This document shows positions 22,124 through 34,253 of a stretch of 64,000 bases of DNA, piece after piece (position 1 is the first letter of the stretch; each line of letters opens with the position of its first letter). The DNA is taken from NCBI RefSeq assembly GCF_013167455.1, contig NZ_CP038328.1; one strand, 5' to 3'. Made by a program: the position numbers and the translations under genes. The notes under the pieces are model-generated. The model saw nothing but the letters and a program-made list of their open reading frames with translations. It did not search any database and was not told the DNA's origin. The stretch comes from Escherichia coli O157:H7. Its GTDB lineage: Bacteria > Pseudomonadota > Gammaproteobacteria > Enterobacterales > Enterobacteriaceae.

Positions 22124-23599
22124 ATGAATACCCAGTATAATTCCAGTTATATATTTTCGATTACCTTAGTCGCTACATTAGGTGGTTTATTATTTGGCTA
22201 CGACACCGCCGTTATTTCCGGTACTGTTGAGTCACTCAATACCGTCTTTGTTGCTCCACAAAACTTAAGTGAATCCGCTGCCAACTCCCTGTTAGGGTTT
22301 TGCGTGGCCAGCGCTCTGATTGGTTGCATCATCGGCGGTGCCCTCGGTGGTTATTGCAGTAACCGCTTCGGTCGTCGTGATTCACTTAAGATTGCTGCTG
22401 TCCTGTTTTTTATTTCTGGTGTAGGTTCTGCCTGGCCAGAACTTGGTTTTACCTCTATAAACCCGGACAACACAGTGCCTGTTTATCTGGCAGGTTATGT
22501 CCCGGAATTTGTTATTTATCGTATTATTGGCGGTATTGGCGTTGGTTTAGCCTCAATGCTTTCACCAATGTATATTGCGGAACTTGCTCCTGCTCATATT
22601 CGCGGGAAACTGGTTTCATTTAACCAGTTTGCGATTATTTTCGGGCAGCTTTTAGTTTACTGCGTAAACTATTTTATTGCGCGTTCCGGTGATGCCAGCT
22701 GGCTGAATACTGACGGCTGGCGTTATATGTTTGCCTCGGAATGTATCCCTGCACTGCTGTTCTTAATGCTGCTGTATACCGTGCCAGAAAGTCCTCGCTG
22801 GCTGATGTCACGCGGCAAGCAAGAACAGGCGGAAGGTATCCTGCGCAAAATTATGGGCAACACGCTTGCAACTCAGGCAGTACAGGAAATTAAACACTCC
22901 CTGGATCATGGCCGCAAAACCGGTGGTCGTCTGCTGATGTTTGGCGTGGGCGTGATTGTCATCGGCGTTATGCTCTCCATCTTCCAGCAATTTGTCGGCA
23001 TCAATGTGGTGCTGTACTACGCGCCGGAAGTGTTCAAAACGCTGGGGGCCAGCACGGATATCGCGCTGTTGCAGACCATTATTGTCGGAGTTATCAACCT
23101 CACCTTCACCGTTCTGGCAATTATGACGGTGGATAAATTTGGTCGTAAGCCACTGCAAATTATCGGCGCACTCGGAATGGCAATCGGTATGTTTAGCCTC
23201 GGTACCGCGTTTTACACTCAGGCACCGGGTATTGTGGCGCTACTGTCGATGCTGTTCTATGTTGCCGCCTTTGCCATGTCCTGGGGTCCGGTATGCTGGG
23301 TACTGCTGTCGGAAATCTTCCCGAATGCTATTCGAGGTAAAGCGCTGGCAATCGCGGTGGCGGCCCAGTGGCTGGCGAACTACTTCGTCTCCTGGACCTT
23401 CCCGATGATGGACAAAAACTCCTGGCTGGTGGCCCATTTCCACAACGGTTTCTCCTACTGGATTTACGGTTGTATGGGCGTTCTGGCAGCACTGTTTATG
23501 TGGAAATTTGTCCCGGAAACCAAAGGTAAAACCCTTGAGGAGCTGGAAGCCCTCTGGGAACCGGAAACGAAGAAAACACAACAAACTGCTACGCTGTAA
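22124..23599 (+). CDS. xylE: D-xylose:H+ symporter (MFS)
   Basis: 491-aa product MNTQYNSSYIFSITLVATLGGLLFGYDTAVISG... with sugar-porter motifs. Confidence 0.92.
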   Translation: MNTQYNSSYIFSITLVATLGGLLFGYDTAVISGTVESLNTVFVAPQNLSESAANSLLGFCVASALIGCIIGGALGGYCSNRFGRRDSLKIAAVLFFISGVGSAWPELGFTSINPDNTVPVYLAGYVPEFVIYRIIGGIGVGLASMLSPMYIAELAPAHIRGKLVSFNQFAIIFGQLLVYCVNYFIARSGDASWLNTDGWRYMFASECIPALLFLMLLYTVPESPRWLMSRGKQEQAEGILRKIMGNTLATQAVQEIKHSLDHGRKTGGRLLMFGVGVIVIGVMLSIFQQFVGINVVLYYAPEVFKTLGASTDIALLQTIIVGVINLTFTVLAIMTVDKFGRKPLQIIGALGMAIGMFSLGTAFYTQAPGIVALLSMLFYVAAFAMSWGPVCWVLLSEIFPNAIRGKALAIAVAAQWLANYFVSWTFPMMDKNSWLVAHFHNGFSYWIYGCMGVLAALFMWKFVPETKGKTLEELEALWEPETKKTQQTATL

Positions 23600-23608
23600 T
23601 CTTCCTGT

Positions 23609-23640
23609 CCAGCACGCCGCGCCAGTTCGGCGTGCTGTCT
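23609..23640. terminator. bidirectional hairpin between the convergent xylE and psiE genes
   Basis: cagcacgccgcgccagttcggcgtgctg inverted repeat with a T-run. Confidence 0.5.
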
Positions 23641-23642
23641 TT

Positions 23643-24053
23643 TTACTCCCGCTTCAGCCGTTTCGAATTACACAGCCACAGGGTGACCACCAGTAACAGG
23701 ATCGCAGCCGAGTAGATCAACACATCCAGTGGCGATTTATGATCGACGATGATCAAGCGCACAATGGCGGTGATCCCAATATAGACAAAGTAACGTAGCG
23801 GGAAGTGAAAACCGGACTGAAAGTACTTCACAATCAGCGCGATAAATTCGAAATAGAGAAAGTAAACCACCAGTCCTTCTACCAGCTCATATTTGCTGGC
23901 TTGTTCTGGCGCGAACAGCACATCAGCCAGATGCACCGTTTCTTTGCCGAGGAAGACAACCAAAATAAGGCCGAGGCACAGCAGGCCAAGATTGAGTACG
24001 GTCTGCAAAATGGTGGAGATAAACTCCACGCGCGGACGAGAGAGTGACGTCAT
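23643..24053 (-). CDS. psiE: phosphate-starvation-inducible membrane protein PsiE
   Basis: 136-aa product [39 protein letters not shown]... Confidence 0.9.
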   Translation of the reverse strand: MTSLSRPRVEFISTILQTVLNLGLLCLGLILVVFLGKETVHLADVLFAPEQASKYELVEGLVVYFLYFEFIALIVKYFQSGFHFPLRYFVYIGITAIVRLIIVDHKSPLDVLIYSAAILLLVVTLWLCNSKRLKRE

Positions 24054-24322
24054 AGCAGTACCTCCTTCACAGTGGCGAGCTTCCTGTATAACGCAAAAAT
24101 GTGACGGAGATCTATATTTTTTGTGTATGTTTTGTTCAACCTGGATTTGGAGCGCGCCTCCACCAAAGCCGGATATACCTACCCGTAGGCCGGATAAGCC
24201 GCGCCTGGCGGCGCATCCGGCAAGACAAACCGCACCAAAGCCGGTAATTCAAAAATCACCCATTCAGGTGATTCCCAGCCACCAGCAATGCGCGAAAAAT
24301 CGACAATGTTCCTCTGGAACAA

Positions 24323-24601
24323 ATGAAACGTAACCTGATAAAGGTGGTAAAAATGAAGCCTTATTTTGCTGCTTTGATGTTATCAGTCTCTGCTCTTCCT
24401 GCTTATGCTGGTCCGCTCGGTACTGCTGATAAAGCCGACCTACCGCAAAGCAATGTCTCCAGCCCAATGATGGCCCAGTCGCTCAGGCAACCAGACCTGC
24501 AACCGATATCGACGGACAGGAAGACAGAATGTTTTCGCCTTTACACACCAGATCGCAAACCGGGGGTGAACTGCGTTCCTGATGGCTCAACAGGCCATTA
24601 A
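24323..24601 (+). CDS. yjbT: small secreted protein, YjbT-like (true start may be the internal MKPYF at about 24353)
   Basis: Signal-peptide-like N-terminus MKPYFAALMLSVSALPAYAGP; position between psiE and yjbH. Confidence 0.45.
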   Translation: MKRNLIKVVKMKPYFAALMLSVSALPAYAGPLGTADKADLPQSNVSSPMMAQSLRQPDLQPISTDRKTECFRLYTPDRKPGVNCVPDGSTGH

Positions 24602-24647
24602 GAATAAAGGTGCCAGTGATTGCGAAAACTGGCACCTTTCCCATGAC

Positions 24648-26744
24648 TTAGCGGAAATTGACGCTACGGTCGCTGGTCATGTCATACAACTGGAACTTAC
24701 GCCCAAGTTGCTGACCACCGTCACGCGTCAGCGGCGTCCAGCCAATCGCCGCACGGCTGCGTGTCGGGCCAGACGAGAAGAGATCCAACGGTACAGAGAC
24801 ATACACGCCTTTGGTGAAGTCCCCTTCGCCGTACTCCTCTTTCGAAACGTTGGTGATCGTGGCATAGCCGCCCACCACCACGCCGCTGTCAAAGCGTTTA
24901 GCGATCTCCAGCGTGCCGCCTTTATCCCCTGCCAGATACTGCCCGACGCTGGCTTTAACTAACACATCCTGAGCGAAAGATGGCGTCCAGTAGGCGGTCA
25001 GATGTCCGGTTTTCACGCTGTAGTCGGTGAATTTCATCATATCCTTTGCACTACGCCAGTCGCGCTGTTTAACGTAGTTGGCATCCAGACCAAACGCCCA
25101 GTTGCTGTCCAGCGGGCGATACAACACTTCTGCCCCCGCACCGCCAAACATGGTTTCGAGATAACCTCCGTAGACCTGACCGTAGAAGCCGTTGCCCAGA
25201 TGCTGGAAGTAGTTGGCTTGCAGGTTATTCACATAGACATCGTTCTGCACATACTCGCGCACATGGGTACGCACGCGCGGTAAGTGCGAGTCCTGCGGCG
25301 GATTGGTGTAGTTAAACTTGTCGTAGTTGTTGGCAAGATTTGCAAACAGGCTGCCGGTGGTCAGCAGATGGTCCGTCAGCCACAAATCTGCCGTTCCCAT
25401 CACGCCCAGCTGATACATGTAAAAGTTTTCCGGGCCACCGACCGACTGGTTCAGCACCGGATCGATATGGAAATCAAAGCGCGATTTGTCGATATACCAG
25501 CCCTGCTCGGTGGACTTCGGAACCACTGGCTCGACGCGTTTTTGCGCCAGCTTCGTTTCGTGGCCCAACGGCTCTCCGGCGAGATGATTTTTCAGGCTGG
25601 CGACATCCGTTTCCGTCGTCACCTGCGGCATGTTAAGGCGATTTTCCGTAACGCGGATCGTCTTGATCCCATCCGGCAGATCATTCATCACGATCCGATT
25701 AGCACGAACGATCCCTTCGCGCGAATCACGATATTTCACCTGCTCGCCGGTAACATACAGCGTATCGCCTTTCGCCTGGATCTGCGGATCGGCAAGTCCG
25801 GCATTGTATTTCAACAGCGTTAACTGATTCGCCACCACCGAATGCTGCAAAATGGCATCCTGCGGCTGCGGTTGATATTGCGGGCGGGCGTTATCGTTGT
25901 AAGACGGGCGCAGATCGTTAAAGTTGGTGCGCAGCGTGACGCCAAACATAAAGGTGTTGGCACGTTCATAGCTAAGGTTAACGTCGGCCCAATCGGTAAC
26001 GCGATAAATCGCCCCGACGTTAAACTTACTTTTTTGCTCCAGCTTACCGGCAAAATCCTGCTGATAATTATTGCCTTCATACTCCAGTTTCAGGCGCAGC
26101 GGTTGCCAGGGCGTCTGGTATTCCACGCCGCCAAACAGTGAGGCAGGACCGTGGAACATCTGGCTACCGTCGATAGATCCCGCCTGTTTGTAGCTGTTAT
26201 CGCGATAGCAATATTTATCACTGGCTGAACAGAGCGGATTTTTCACATTACCGCTTGTGCCCAAATATCCCCAGCCCAGGCCAAGCGTAAAATCGAACGG
26301 CCCCCAGGCTTTGCTGGCAACAAGATATTCCGCATCAAACAGCCCCGTACCGCCGATATCCCGCGCACCAACCGCCACTTGCGGCAGCCAGTAACTCTCT
26401 TCCCACAAACGCAGTTTGAGATCGAAGGCTTTATCTTTATACGTTTGATCGCCAGAGAACGCTTCGACGCTGCTGTACTGCCGGGTGCGCACGTCGGTGT
26501 AGCGCAGCGTTGTTTCCAGCCACGGGAAGAGTTGCACTGAAGCTGAGTAATAACGGTACTGATCGTTATCGCGATAGTTCAGACTCAACTCCCCTTCCCG
26601 CGCCATGCGAGCCGTGGGCGTTTGTAATAATCCTACGCCACCGAAATCCGACTGCGACGGACCAATGGGCGCAGGATATGTTTCGCCGTAGCAAGCTGTG
26701 CTAATGCCCAGCGCCAGTAAGCTAAGCAGATGTCTTTTTTTCAT
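24648..26744 (-). CDS. yjbH: outer-membrane beta-barrel protein YjbH (exopolysaccharide-associated yjbEFGH operon)
   Basis: 698-aa product with signal peptide [20 protein letters not shown] and C-terminal ...SVNFR. Confidence 0.85.
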   Translation of the reverse strand: MKKRHLLSLLALGISTACYGETYPAPIGPSQSDFGGVGLLQTPTARMAREGELSLNYRDNDQYRYYSASVQLFPWLETTLRYTDVRTRQYSSVEAFSGDQTYKDKAFDLKLRLWEESYWLPQVAVGARDIGGTGLFDAEYLVASKAWGPFDFTLGLGWGYLGTSGNVKNPLCSASDKYCYRDNSYKQAGSIDGSQMFHGPASLFGGVEYQTPWQPLRLKLEYEGNNYQQDFAGKLEQKSKFNVGAIYRVTDWADVNLSYERANTFMFGVTLRTNFNDLRPSYNDNARPQYQPQPQDAILQHSVVANQLTLLKYNAGLADPQIQAKGDTLYVTGEQVKYRDSREGIVRANRIVMNDLPDGIKTIRVTENRLNMPQVTTETDVASLKNHLAGEPLGHETKLAQKRVEPVVPKSTEQGWYIDKSRFDFHIDPVLNQSVGGPENFYMYQLGVMGTADLWLTDHLLTTGSLFANLANNYDKFNYTNPPQDSHLPRVRTHVREYVQNDVYVNNLQANYFQHLGNGFYGQVYGGYLETMFGGAGAEVLYRPLDSNWAFGLDANYVKQRDWRSAKDMMKFTDYSVKTGHLTAYWTPSFAQDVLVKASVGQYLAGDKGGTLEIAKRFDSGVVVGGYATITNVSKEEYGEGDFTKGVYVSVPLDLFSSGPTRSRAAIGWTPLTRDGGQQLGRKFQLYDMTSDRSVNFR

Positions 26745-27481
26745 TATTGAGGTATCCGCTGCGTCAGAGTCTGAAGAATGTCGGCGTTAAGGGCATCAGG
26801 CATCTCACTCCAGACGGAGTCCGCGAGGCCAACATAAATAATGCTGCCGGGCATCGGCTCTACGTGACGCTTGTTCCAGTAAGCCACCGGCGCTTTTTGT
26901 GTGCGTCCGTCCGGGTAAACCACCCACGCGTAGCTACGATCCGCACCGCCAAGCAGACTTTGCCCGGAGAGATAGCTCGCCACGTCGCGACCGGGAGTGA
27001 ATGGCTGATTGCCAGGACGGCTGATAAGCCCGAACAACGTGACCGTGGACGGTGGTGGTCCGACCCACAGCGTGTAGTTGCCCTGCAACGGCGGGTTAGC
27101 GCGTTCAGCAACGCGGACGATATCGGGATCAAGATTGATTTTTTGCCTGCCCGTCACCTTCAACGCCTGAATTTGCTGGCGTAAGGCGTTAATCGCAGCG
27201 GCATCGTCGGCGCTGGAATCTGCGCCCTGTTCTGCCAGCCGTGTCAGCAACGCCTGCTGCTGACGCAATGCTGCCGCCGTTGCCAGCTCTTCGCTAATCA
27301 CCGCACCAGGCCACCAGCTGTTTGCCAGCCGCGGTTGGCCTACCAGATCGATTAAATGCTCTGCGCCCGTTAGCGTTTTGGCCTCACTGCTGCCATTGCT
27401 GAACACCTTGACGGTTCCTGCCGCGAAGACCGATGACGCTCCCACACTCAAAAGCAACGCGACAATAGTTTGTTTAATCAT
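26744..27481 (-). CDS. yjbG: YjbG (yjbEFGH operon)
   Basis: 245-aa product from [20 protein letters not shown] (signal peptide); start overlaps the yjbF stop. Confidence 0.8.
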   Translation of the reverse strand: MIKQTIVALLLSVGASSVFAAGTVKVFSNGSSEAKTLTGAEHLIDLVGQPRLANSWWPGAVISEELATAAALRQQQALLTRLAEQGADSSADDAAAINALRQQIQALKVTGRQKINLDPDIVRVAERANPPLQGNYTLWVGPPPSTVTLFGLISRPGNQPFTPGRDVASYLSGQSLLGGADRSYAWVVYPDGRTQKAPVAYWNKRHVEPMPGSIIYVGLADSVWSEMPDALNADILQTLTQRIPQ

Positions 27482-28146
27482 TGTTTTGCCGCCTTGATGA
27501 GAGTGGTTTTCACCGGGAAATAATCCGCGCCGAGATACTGTTCCGACTGGCGAATTTGCCCTCCGCTGTCGATCCAATAGCGGTTATGCCAGCGCGCCTG
27601 GTCGGTGGAGACTTCTTCGTCCAGCACGCGAACCGCGGTTTCATCGCTGCCGACCTTAACGGTACCGGTGCCATCCCATTTGAAGACTGAGCGTGCGGTG
27701 GCGTAGCGTACCTGCTGGTACTCGGTCCAGCCCATCGTGCGCATCCAGGTTGCGCCATCAATGATTTGTGCGGGTTTAATCAGCGGGTCGGCGGCAAGGT
27801 TATTCACTTCAATCAGGTTGTCGCCGCCAAGCAAAGTCTTCACCAGACGACCATGTTGTGTGACGAGAGTGGCCTGATCCTGAGTGACCCATTTTTGTTG
27901 TCCGTCTTCAGCGAAGGCCAGCACCACAAACAACTGCGGCCCACCATTAAGCTGCATGTACTGGCTGGCGTAGGGCATATTTTGAATATCATCGTCCGTC
28001 AGCTGTACGCCTGGCGTGCCGAACAGACTGTCCCACAGTGAATTGCCCAGCTCTTTAGTCGTGGCTGAACAGGCCTGTAATAGCAGGCAGATAAGAATGA
28101 ATGCAGGTCGCTTCACGACTCTTCTCCAGAGGGGCAGAATAACCAC
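27478..28146 (-). CDS. yjbF: lipoprotein YjbF (yjbEFGH operon); exact start uncertain
   Basis: Lipobox LLQAC near the N-terminus; position between yjbE and yjbG. Confidence 0.8.
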   Translation of the reverse strand: MVILPLWRRVVKRPAFILICLLLQACSATTKELGNSLWDSLFGTPGVQLTDDDIQNMPYASQYMQLNGGPQLFVVLAFAEDGQQKWVTQDQATLVTQHGRLVKTLLGGDNLIEVNNLAADPLIKPAQIIDGATWMRTMGWTEYQQVRYATARSVFKWDGTGTVKVGSDETAVRVLDEEVSTDQARWHNRYWIDSGGQIRQSEQYLGADYFPVKTTLIKAAKQ

Positions 28147-28229
28147 ACCGGAGTGTGGTTATGGTAAATCCCTTCATACTTCTAGCCACAGATGCAATGA
28201 CTCGAATTATTTTGGGGATACATACTTTA

Positions 28230-28472
28230 TTACTGGGTACTGGTGGTCGTGGTTGTGGTGGTCCCGGTATTAGAACCATCACCGCCACCGGTTGCCGCGA
28301 GCGCGACACCCACCGCCGAGCTTACGGTGCTGACGCTGGTCGCGGAGGAACTCCCCGCCGAAACCGACGTTGCTGCCGACCCTGCCGCTTCGCCCACCTG
28401 TACAGGTGCAGCCCACGCAGAAGTCGCCGCAAGCGCAGATATGGCAAAAATGCCATACAGAACTTTTTTCAT
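28230..28472 (-). CDS. yjbE: small secreted Ser/Thr/Gly-rich protein YjbE
   Basis: 80-aa product [23 protein letters not shown]... ending in a poly-Thr tract. Confidence 0.8.
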
Positions 28473-28869
28473 AACAATTTCCCTTCATTGAATGAATGGA
28501 GATTTACCCAAAAACATTTCGGGCGGGATCGAGTATACACAACTAAAGCATGCGAATTACGGCGCGGGGAATTAGAGATGGGGTTTTAGGATAATTGGAA
28601 TGAATATCAAATATAAGCTACAACCTATATATAAATAACATTAAAAATCATAGTGTTAAAATAAAAGTAAAAGTAATTAATCTGAGTATTTTCCGAAATC
28701 AATCACGATTAAAAATCTATTTTAGGATTAACCTCACGGTATGATTTCCGTTAAATCACAGACAAGGGGATTTATCTGATAAAACAATGCCGACTTATAG
28801 TCGGCATTGTTTTTAAGGTTATTTAATTAATCGTGCTATGCATTAATTGCCGAATACGATGTACATATC

Positions 28870-28978
<109 letters not shown>

Positions 28979-28984
28979 CGATGA

Positions 28985-30634
28985 TTAACCGCGCCACGCT
29001 TTATAGCGGTTAATCAGACCATTGGTCGAGCTATCGTGGCTGCTGATTTCTTTATCATCTTTCAGCTCTGGCAGAATACGGTTCGCCAGCTGTTTACCCA
29101 GTTCCACGCCCCACTGGTCGAAGGTGAAGATGTTCAGGATCACGCCCTGAGTAAAGATTTTGTGCTCATACAGCGCAATCAACGCACCCAGGCTGAACGG
29201 AGTGATTTCGCGCAACAGGATAGAGTTGGTCGGGCGGTTACCTTCGAACACTTTGAACGGCACCACGTAGTCAAGCGTTGCCGGATCTTTACCCTGATCG
29301 CGATATTCCTGCTCAACCACTTCGCGGGATTTACCAAACGCCAGCGCTTCGGTCTGGGCGAAGAAGTTAGACAGCAGTTTCTGGTGGTGATCAGAGAGCG
29401 GGTTATGGGTGATAGCCGGAGCGATGAAATCGCACGGTACCATTTTGGTTCCCTGGTGGATCAGCTGGTAGAACGCGTGCTGACCGTTAGTGCCTGGTTC
29501 ACCCCAGATAATCGGGCCAGTCTGGTAATCCACAACGTTACCGTTACGGTCAACATACTTACCGTTGGACTCCATATTGCCCTGCTGGAAGTACGCCGCG
29601 AAACGGTGCATATACTGGTCATACGGCAGAATCGCTTCAGTTTCCGCACCAAAGAAATTGTTGTACCAGATGCCAATCAGCGCCAACAGTACAGGCAGGT
29701 TTTTCTCGGCAGGCGTGGTGGAGAAATGCTTGTCCATCGCGTGTGCGCCAGAAAGCAGTTCAACGAAGTTATCAAAGCCGATGGAGAGAACAATCGACAG
29801 GCCAATCGCTGACCACAAAGAGTAACGACCGCCGACCCAGTCCCAGAACTCGAACATGTTGGCAGTATCAATACCAAACTCGCCAACGGCTTTGGCATTG
29901 GTTGAGAGCGCCGCAAAGTGTTTCGCAACGTGTTTTTCATCACCTGCCGCTTTCAGGAACCAGTCACGCGCGCTATGGGCGTTGGTCATGGTTTCCTGAG
30001 TGGTGAAGGTTTTAGATGCTACCAGGAACAGCGTGGTTTCCGGGTTTACTTTTTTCAGCACTTCAGCGATGTGAGTCCCATCGACGTTAGAAACAAAGTG
30101 CATGTTCAGGTGATTTTTGTACGGACGCAGTGCTTCGGTCACCATGTACGGGCCGAGGTCAGAACCGCCGATCCCGATGTTCACTACGTCAGTGATTGCT
30201 TTGCCGGTATAACCCTTCCACTCACCGGAGATAATCGCTTCCGAGAAGGTTTTCATCTTCTCCAGCACCGCGTTGACTTCTGGCATAACATCTTTGCCAT
30301 CAACCAGAATCGGGGTATTGCTACGATTACGCAGCGCTACGTGCAGCACGGCGCGGTTTTCAGTGCGGTTGATCTTCTCGCCAGAGAACATCGACTTAAT
30401 CGCGCCCGCCAGATCGCACTCTTTCGCCAGATCTTGTAATTTCGCCAGCGTCTCTTCAGTGATGCGGTTTTTGGAGTAATCCACCAGCATCTGATCGTCG
30501 AAGGTTGCGGAGAACTTAGAAAAACGATCGCCGTCTTTAGCAAAAAGATCGGCGATCGTAACGTCTTTCATTTCATCGAAGTGTTTCTGTAGTGCCTGCC
30601 AGGCAGCGGTCTGCGTTGGATTGATGTTTTTCAT
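28985..30634 (-). CDS. pgi: glucose-6-phosphate isomerase
   Basis: 549-aa product from [34 protein letters not shown]... Confidence 0.97.
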
Positions 30635-30859
30635 TAGCAATACTCTTCTGATTTTGAGAATTGTGACTTTGGAAGATTGTAGCGCCAGTCACAGAAAAAT
30701 GTGATGGTTTTAGTGCCGTTAGCGTAATGTTGAGTGTAAACCCTTAGCGCAGTGAAGCATTTATTAGCTGAACTACTGACCGCCAGGAGTGGATGAAAAA
30801 TCCGCATGACCCCGTCGTTGACAACCGCCCCGCTCACCCTTTATTTATAAATGTACTAC

Positions 30860-31100
30860 CTGCGCTAGCGCAGGCCAGAAGAGGCGCGTTGCCCAAGTAA
30901 CGGTGTTGGAGGAGCCAGTCCTGTGATAACACCTGAGGGGGTGCATCGCCGAGGTGATTGAACGGCTGGCCACGTTCATCATCGGCTACAGGGGCTGAAT
31001 CCCCTGGGTTGTCACCAGAAGCGTTCGCAGTCGGGCGTTTCGCAAGTGGTGGAGCACTTCTGGGTGAAAATAGTAGCGAAGTATCGCTCTGCGCCCACCC
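30860..31100 (+). promoter_or_regulatory. lysine riboswitch (L-box) in the lysC 5' leader
   Basis: Long structured leader (...agaggcgcgttgcccaagtaacggtgttggaggagccagtcctgtgataacacctgaggggg...) upstream of lysC, recognised as the E. coli lysC leader; the overlapping minus-strand track ORF is non-coding. Confidence 0.7.
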
Positions 31101-31158
31101 GTCTTCCGCTCTTCCCTTGTGCCAAGGCTGAAAATGGATCCCCTGACACGAGGTAGTT

Positions 31159-32508
31159 ATGTCTGAAATTGTTGTCTCCAAATTTGGCGGTACCAGCGTA
31201 GCTGATTTTGACGCCATGAACCGCAGCGCTGATATTGTGCTTTCTGATGCCAACGTGCGTTTAGTTGTCCTCTCGGCTTCTGCTGGTATCACTAATCTGC
31301 TGGTCGCTTTAGCGGAAGGACTGGAACCTGGCGAGCGATTCGAAAAACTCGACGCTATTCGCAACATCCAGTTTGCCATTCTGGAACGTCTGCGTTACCC
31401 GAACGTTATCCGTGAAGAGATTGAACGTCTGCTGGAGAACATTACTGTTCTGGCAGAAGCGGCGGCGCTGGCAACGTCTCCGGCGCTGACAGATGAACTG
31501 GTCAGCCACGGCGAGCTGATGTCGACCCTGCTGTTTGTCGAGATCCTGCGCGAACGCGATGTTCAGGCACAGTGGTTTGATGTACGTAAAGTGATGCGTA
31601 CCAACGACCGATTTGGTCGTGCAGAGCCAGATGTAGCCGCGCTGGCGGAACTGGCCGCGCTGCAGCTGCTCCCACGTCTCAATGAAGGCTTAGTGATCAC
31701 CCAGGGATTTATCGGTAGCGAAAATAAAGGTCGTACAACGACGCTTGGCCGTGGAGGCAGCGATTATACGGCAGCCTTGCTGGCGGAGGCTTTACACGCA
31801 TCTCGTGTTGATATCTGGACCGACGTCCCGGGCATCTACACCACCGATCCACGCGTAGTTTCCGCAGCAAAACGCATTGATGAAATCGCGTTTGCCGAAG
31901 CGGCAGAGATGGCAACTTTTGGTGCAAAAGTACTGCATCCGGCAACGTTGCTACCCGCAGTACGCAGCGATATCCCAGTCTTTGTCGGCTCCAGCAAAGA
32001 CCCACGCGCAGGTGGTACGCTGGTGTGCAATAAAACTGAAAATCCGCCGCTGTTCCGCGCGCTGGCGCTTCGTCGCAATCAGACTCTGCTCACTTTGCAC
32101 AGCCTGAATATGCTGCATTCTCGCGGTTTCCTCGCGGAAGTTTTCGGCATCCTCGCGCGGCATAATATTTCGGTAGACTTAATCACCACGTCAGAAGTGA
32201 GCGTGGCATTAACCCTTGATACCACCGGTTCAACCTCCACTGGCGATACGTTGCTGACGCAATCTCTGCTGATGGAGCTTTCCGCACTGTGCCGGGTGGA
32301 GGTGGAAGAAGGTCTGGCGCTGGTCGCGTTGATTGGCAATGACCTGTCAAAAGCCTGCGGCGTTGGCAAAGAGGTATTCGGCGTACTGGAACCGTTCAAC
32401 ATTCGCATGATTTGTTACGGCGCATCCAGCCATAACCTGTGCTTCCTGGTGCCCGGCGAAGATGCCGAGCAGGTGGTGCAAAAACTGCATAGTAATTTGT
32501 TTGAGTAA
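31159..32508 (+). CDS. lysC: lysine-sensitive aspartokinase III
   Basis: 449-aa product MSEIVVSKFGGTSVADFDAMNRSADIVLSDANVRLVVLSASAGITNLL... Confidence 0.97.
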   Translation: MSEIVVSKFGGTSVADFDAMNRSADIVLSDANVRLVVLSASAGITNLLVALAEGLEPGERFEKLDAIRNIQFAILERLRYPNVIREEIERLLENITVLAEAAALATSPALTDELVSHGELMSTLLFVEILRERDVQAQWFDVRKVMRTNDRFGRAEPDVAALAELAALQLLPRLNEGLVITQGFIGSENKGRTTTLGRGGSDYTAALLAEALHASRVDIWTDVPGIYTTDPRVVSAAKRIDEIAFAEAAEMATFGAKVLHPATLLPAVRSDIPVFVGSSKDPRAGGTLVCNKTENPPLFRALALRRNQTLLTLHSLNMLHSRGFLAEVFGILARHNISVDLITTSEVSVALTLDTTGSTSTGDTLLTQSLLMELSALCRVEVEEGLALVALIGNDLSKACGVGKEVFGVLEPFNIRMICYGASSHNLCFLVPGEDAEQVVQKLHSNLFE

Positions 32509-32760
32509 ATACTGTATGGCCTGGAAGCTATATTTCGGGCCGTATTGATTTTCTTGTCACTATGCTCATCAATAAACGAGCCTGTACTCTGTTAACCAGC
32601 GTCTTTATCGGAGAATAATTGCCTTTAATTTTTTTATCTGCATCTCTAATTAATTATCGAAAGAGATAAATAGTTAAGAGAAGGCAAAATGAATATTATC
32701 AGTTCTGCTCGCAAACGAATTCCCGTACACTGAACTCTCTGGCTCACTGAGGGCACCATC

Positions 32761-33033
32761 ATGGCACTCCCCCGTATTACCCAAAAAGAGATGACTGAAC
32801 GCGAGCAGCGTGAACTTAAAACACTGCTGGATCGGGCGCGGATTGCGCATGGTCGCGTACTGACCAACTCCGAAACCAACAGCATTAAGAAAGAGTACAT
32901 CGATAAATTAATGGTCGAGCGTGAGGCTGAAGCGAAAAAAGCCCGCCAGTTAAAGAAAAAGCAGGCTTATAAACCGGATCCTGAAGCGTCATTTAGCTGG
33001 TCAGCAAATACGTCGACGCGCGGCAGGCGCTGA
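32761..33033 (+). CDS. yjbD: DUF3811 protein YjbD
   Basis: 90-aa basic protein between lysC and rluF. Confidence 0.75.
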   Translation: MALPRITQKEMTEREQRELKTLLDRARIAHGRVLTNSETNSIKKEYIDKLMVEREAEAKKARQLKKKQAYKPDPEASFSWSANTSTRGRR

Positions 33034-33906
33034 TTAGCGCCCCTTCTTTTTTCGCCCCGGCGAGGTAAAACGCTTACCGTTGGACGCCGGGCGACCGCCT
33101 TTTTCCGCCGTTTTTTCCATCTTAACGACTGGACGTTTGATGCCCGCTGTTTTCGGTTTGGCCTTCGCTTTAGGTTTTGCCTCGGAAGAGGAATTTTCGA
33201 TGAGCTTAAAGAGGTCGATTAACTCATCGTCGGTTAAATCGCGCCACTCCCCCAGCGGAATGCCGCTTAAGCTGACGTTCATAATGCGCGTACGTTCCAG
33301 CTTTTTCACTTCATAGCCGAAATGCTCGCACATGCGCCGGATCTGACGGTTCAGCCCCTGCACCAGGGTAATGCGGAAGACAAACGGCGCTTCTTTTTTG
33401 ACTTTGCACTTTTTAGTCACCGTCCCGAGGATCGGCACCCCCGCCCCCATACCACGAATAAATTCATCGGTAATCGGTTTATCGACCGTCACCAGATACT
33501 CTTTCTCATGATCGTTACCCGCACGGAGGATCTTATTCACCAGATCGCCGTGATTGGTGAGGAAAATCAGCCCCTGGGAGTCTTTATCCAGGCGGCCAAT
33601 CGGGAACACGCGTTTGCTGTGGTTAACGAAATCGACAATGTTATCGCGCTCGCCATCTTCGGTGGTGCTGACAATGCCTACGGGCTTGTTCAGGGCGATA
33701 AGTACCAAATCTTCGGCTTCCCGAGGCTCAATCAACTGACCGTTTACTTTCACAACGTCGCCGGGTTTCACCTGATCGCCAATGGTGGCTCGCTTGCCAT
33801 TAAGGAACACATTGCCTTGCTCGATATAGCGATCCGCTTCGCGGCGTGAGCAAATTCCGCTTTCGCTGATGTATTTATTTAAACGGACTGATGAGTCGGG
33901 CAGCAT
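33034..33906 (-). CDS. rluF: 23S rRNA pseudouridine synthase RluF
   Basis: 290-aa product with S4 domain N-terminus ([21 protein letters not shown]) and a basic C-terminal tail. Confidence 0.9.
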   Translation of the reverse strand: MLPDSSVRLNKYISESGICSRREADRYIEQGNVFLNGKRATIGDQVKPGDVVKVNGQLIEPREAEDLVLIALNKPVGIVSTTEDGERDNIVDFVNHSKRVFPIGRLDKDSQGLIFLTNHGDLVNKILRAGNDHEKEYLVTVDKPITDEFIRGMGAGVPILGTVTKKCKVKKEAPFVFRITLVQGLNRQIRRMCEHFGYEVKKLERTRIMNVSLSGIPLGEWRDLTDDELIDLFKLIENSSSEAKPKAKAKPKTAGIKRPVVKMEKTAEKGGRPASNGKRFTSPGRKKKGR

Positions 33907-34253
33907 AAATTCTCCTGTAAAACGCGGAATATACCGTACCTCTTAGCGGGGAAAAACAGGGTTATGCGGCAACGTCGAAATTAAATGTGATCTGCCACGC
34001 CTTTTATCACAAAAGTGTCTCCGGAAGTACAATGCAAATTTGCGTGGCAAAATAAGGATAATCAACATATTACGAATCGCTGCACACCTGTGCTGATAAC
34101 TACTGCGCAGAGAAACAAATGTGCAAGAGAAAGCGCTATTTCTCCCCATGCAAAGAGTGAAAAATCGCTTTGAAAGGCCATCATGATGGGGTTATATCAG
34201 ATCAAGCGGTGAGAAAGCGTATTTGCACAAATGTGCAGAACCAGGAGGCGGCA

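Noticed and set aside
25002-26141. Several plus-strand ORFs of 86-179 aa
   Set aside because: Antisense within yjbH; no start signals and repetitive R/Q/H-rich translations.
28243-28491. 82-aa plus-strand ORF with a poly-Val tract
   Set aside because: Antisense mirror of the poly-Thr tract in yjbE; the minus-strand product has a signal peptide and fits the operon.
30834-31379. 181-aa minus-strand ORF
   Set aside because: Overlaps the lysC leader and 5' coding region; the leader is better explained as the lysine riboswitch.
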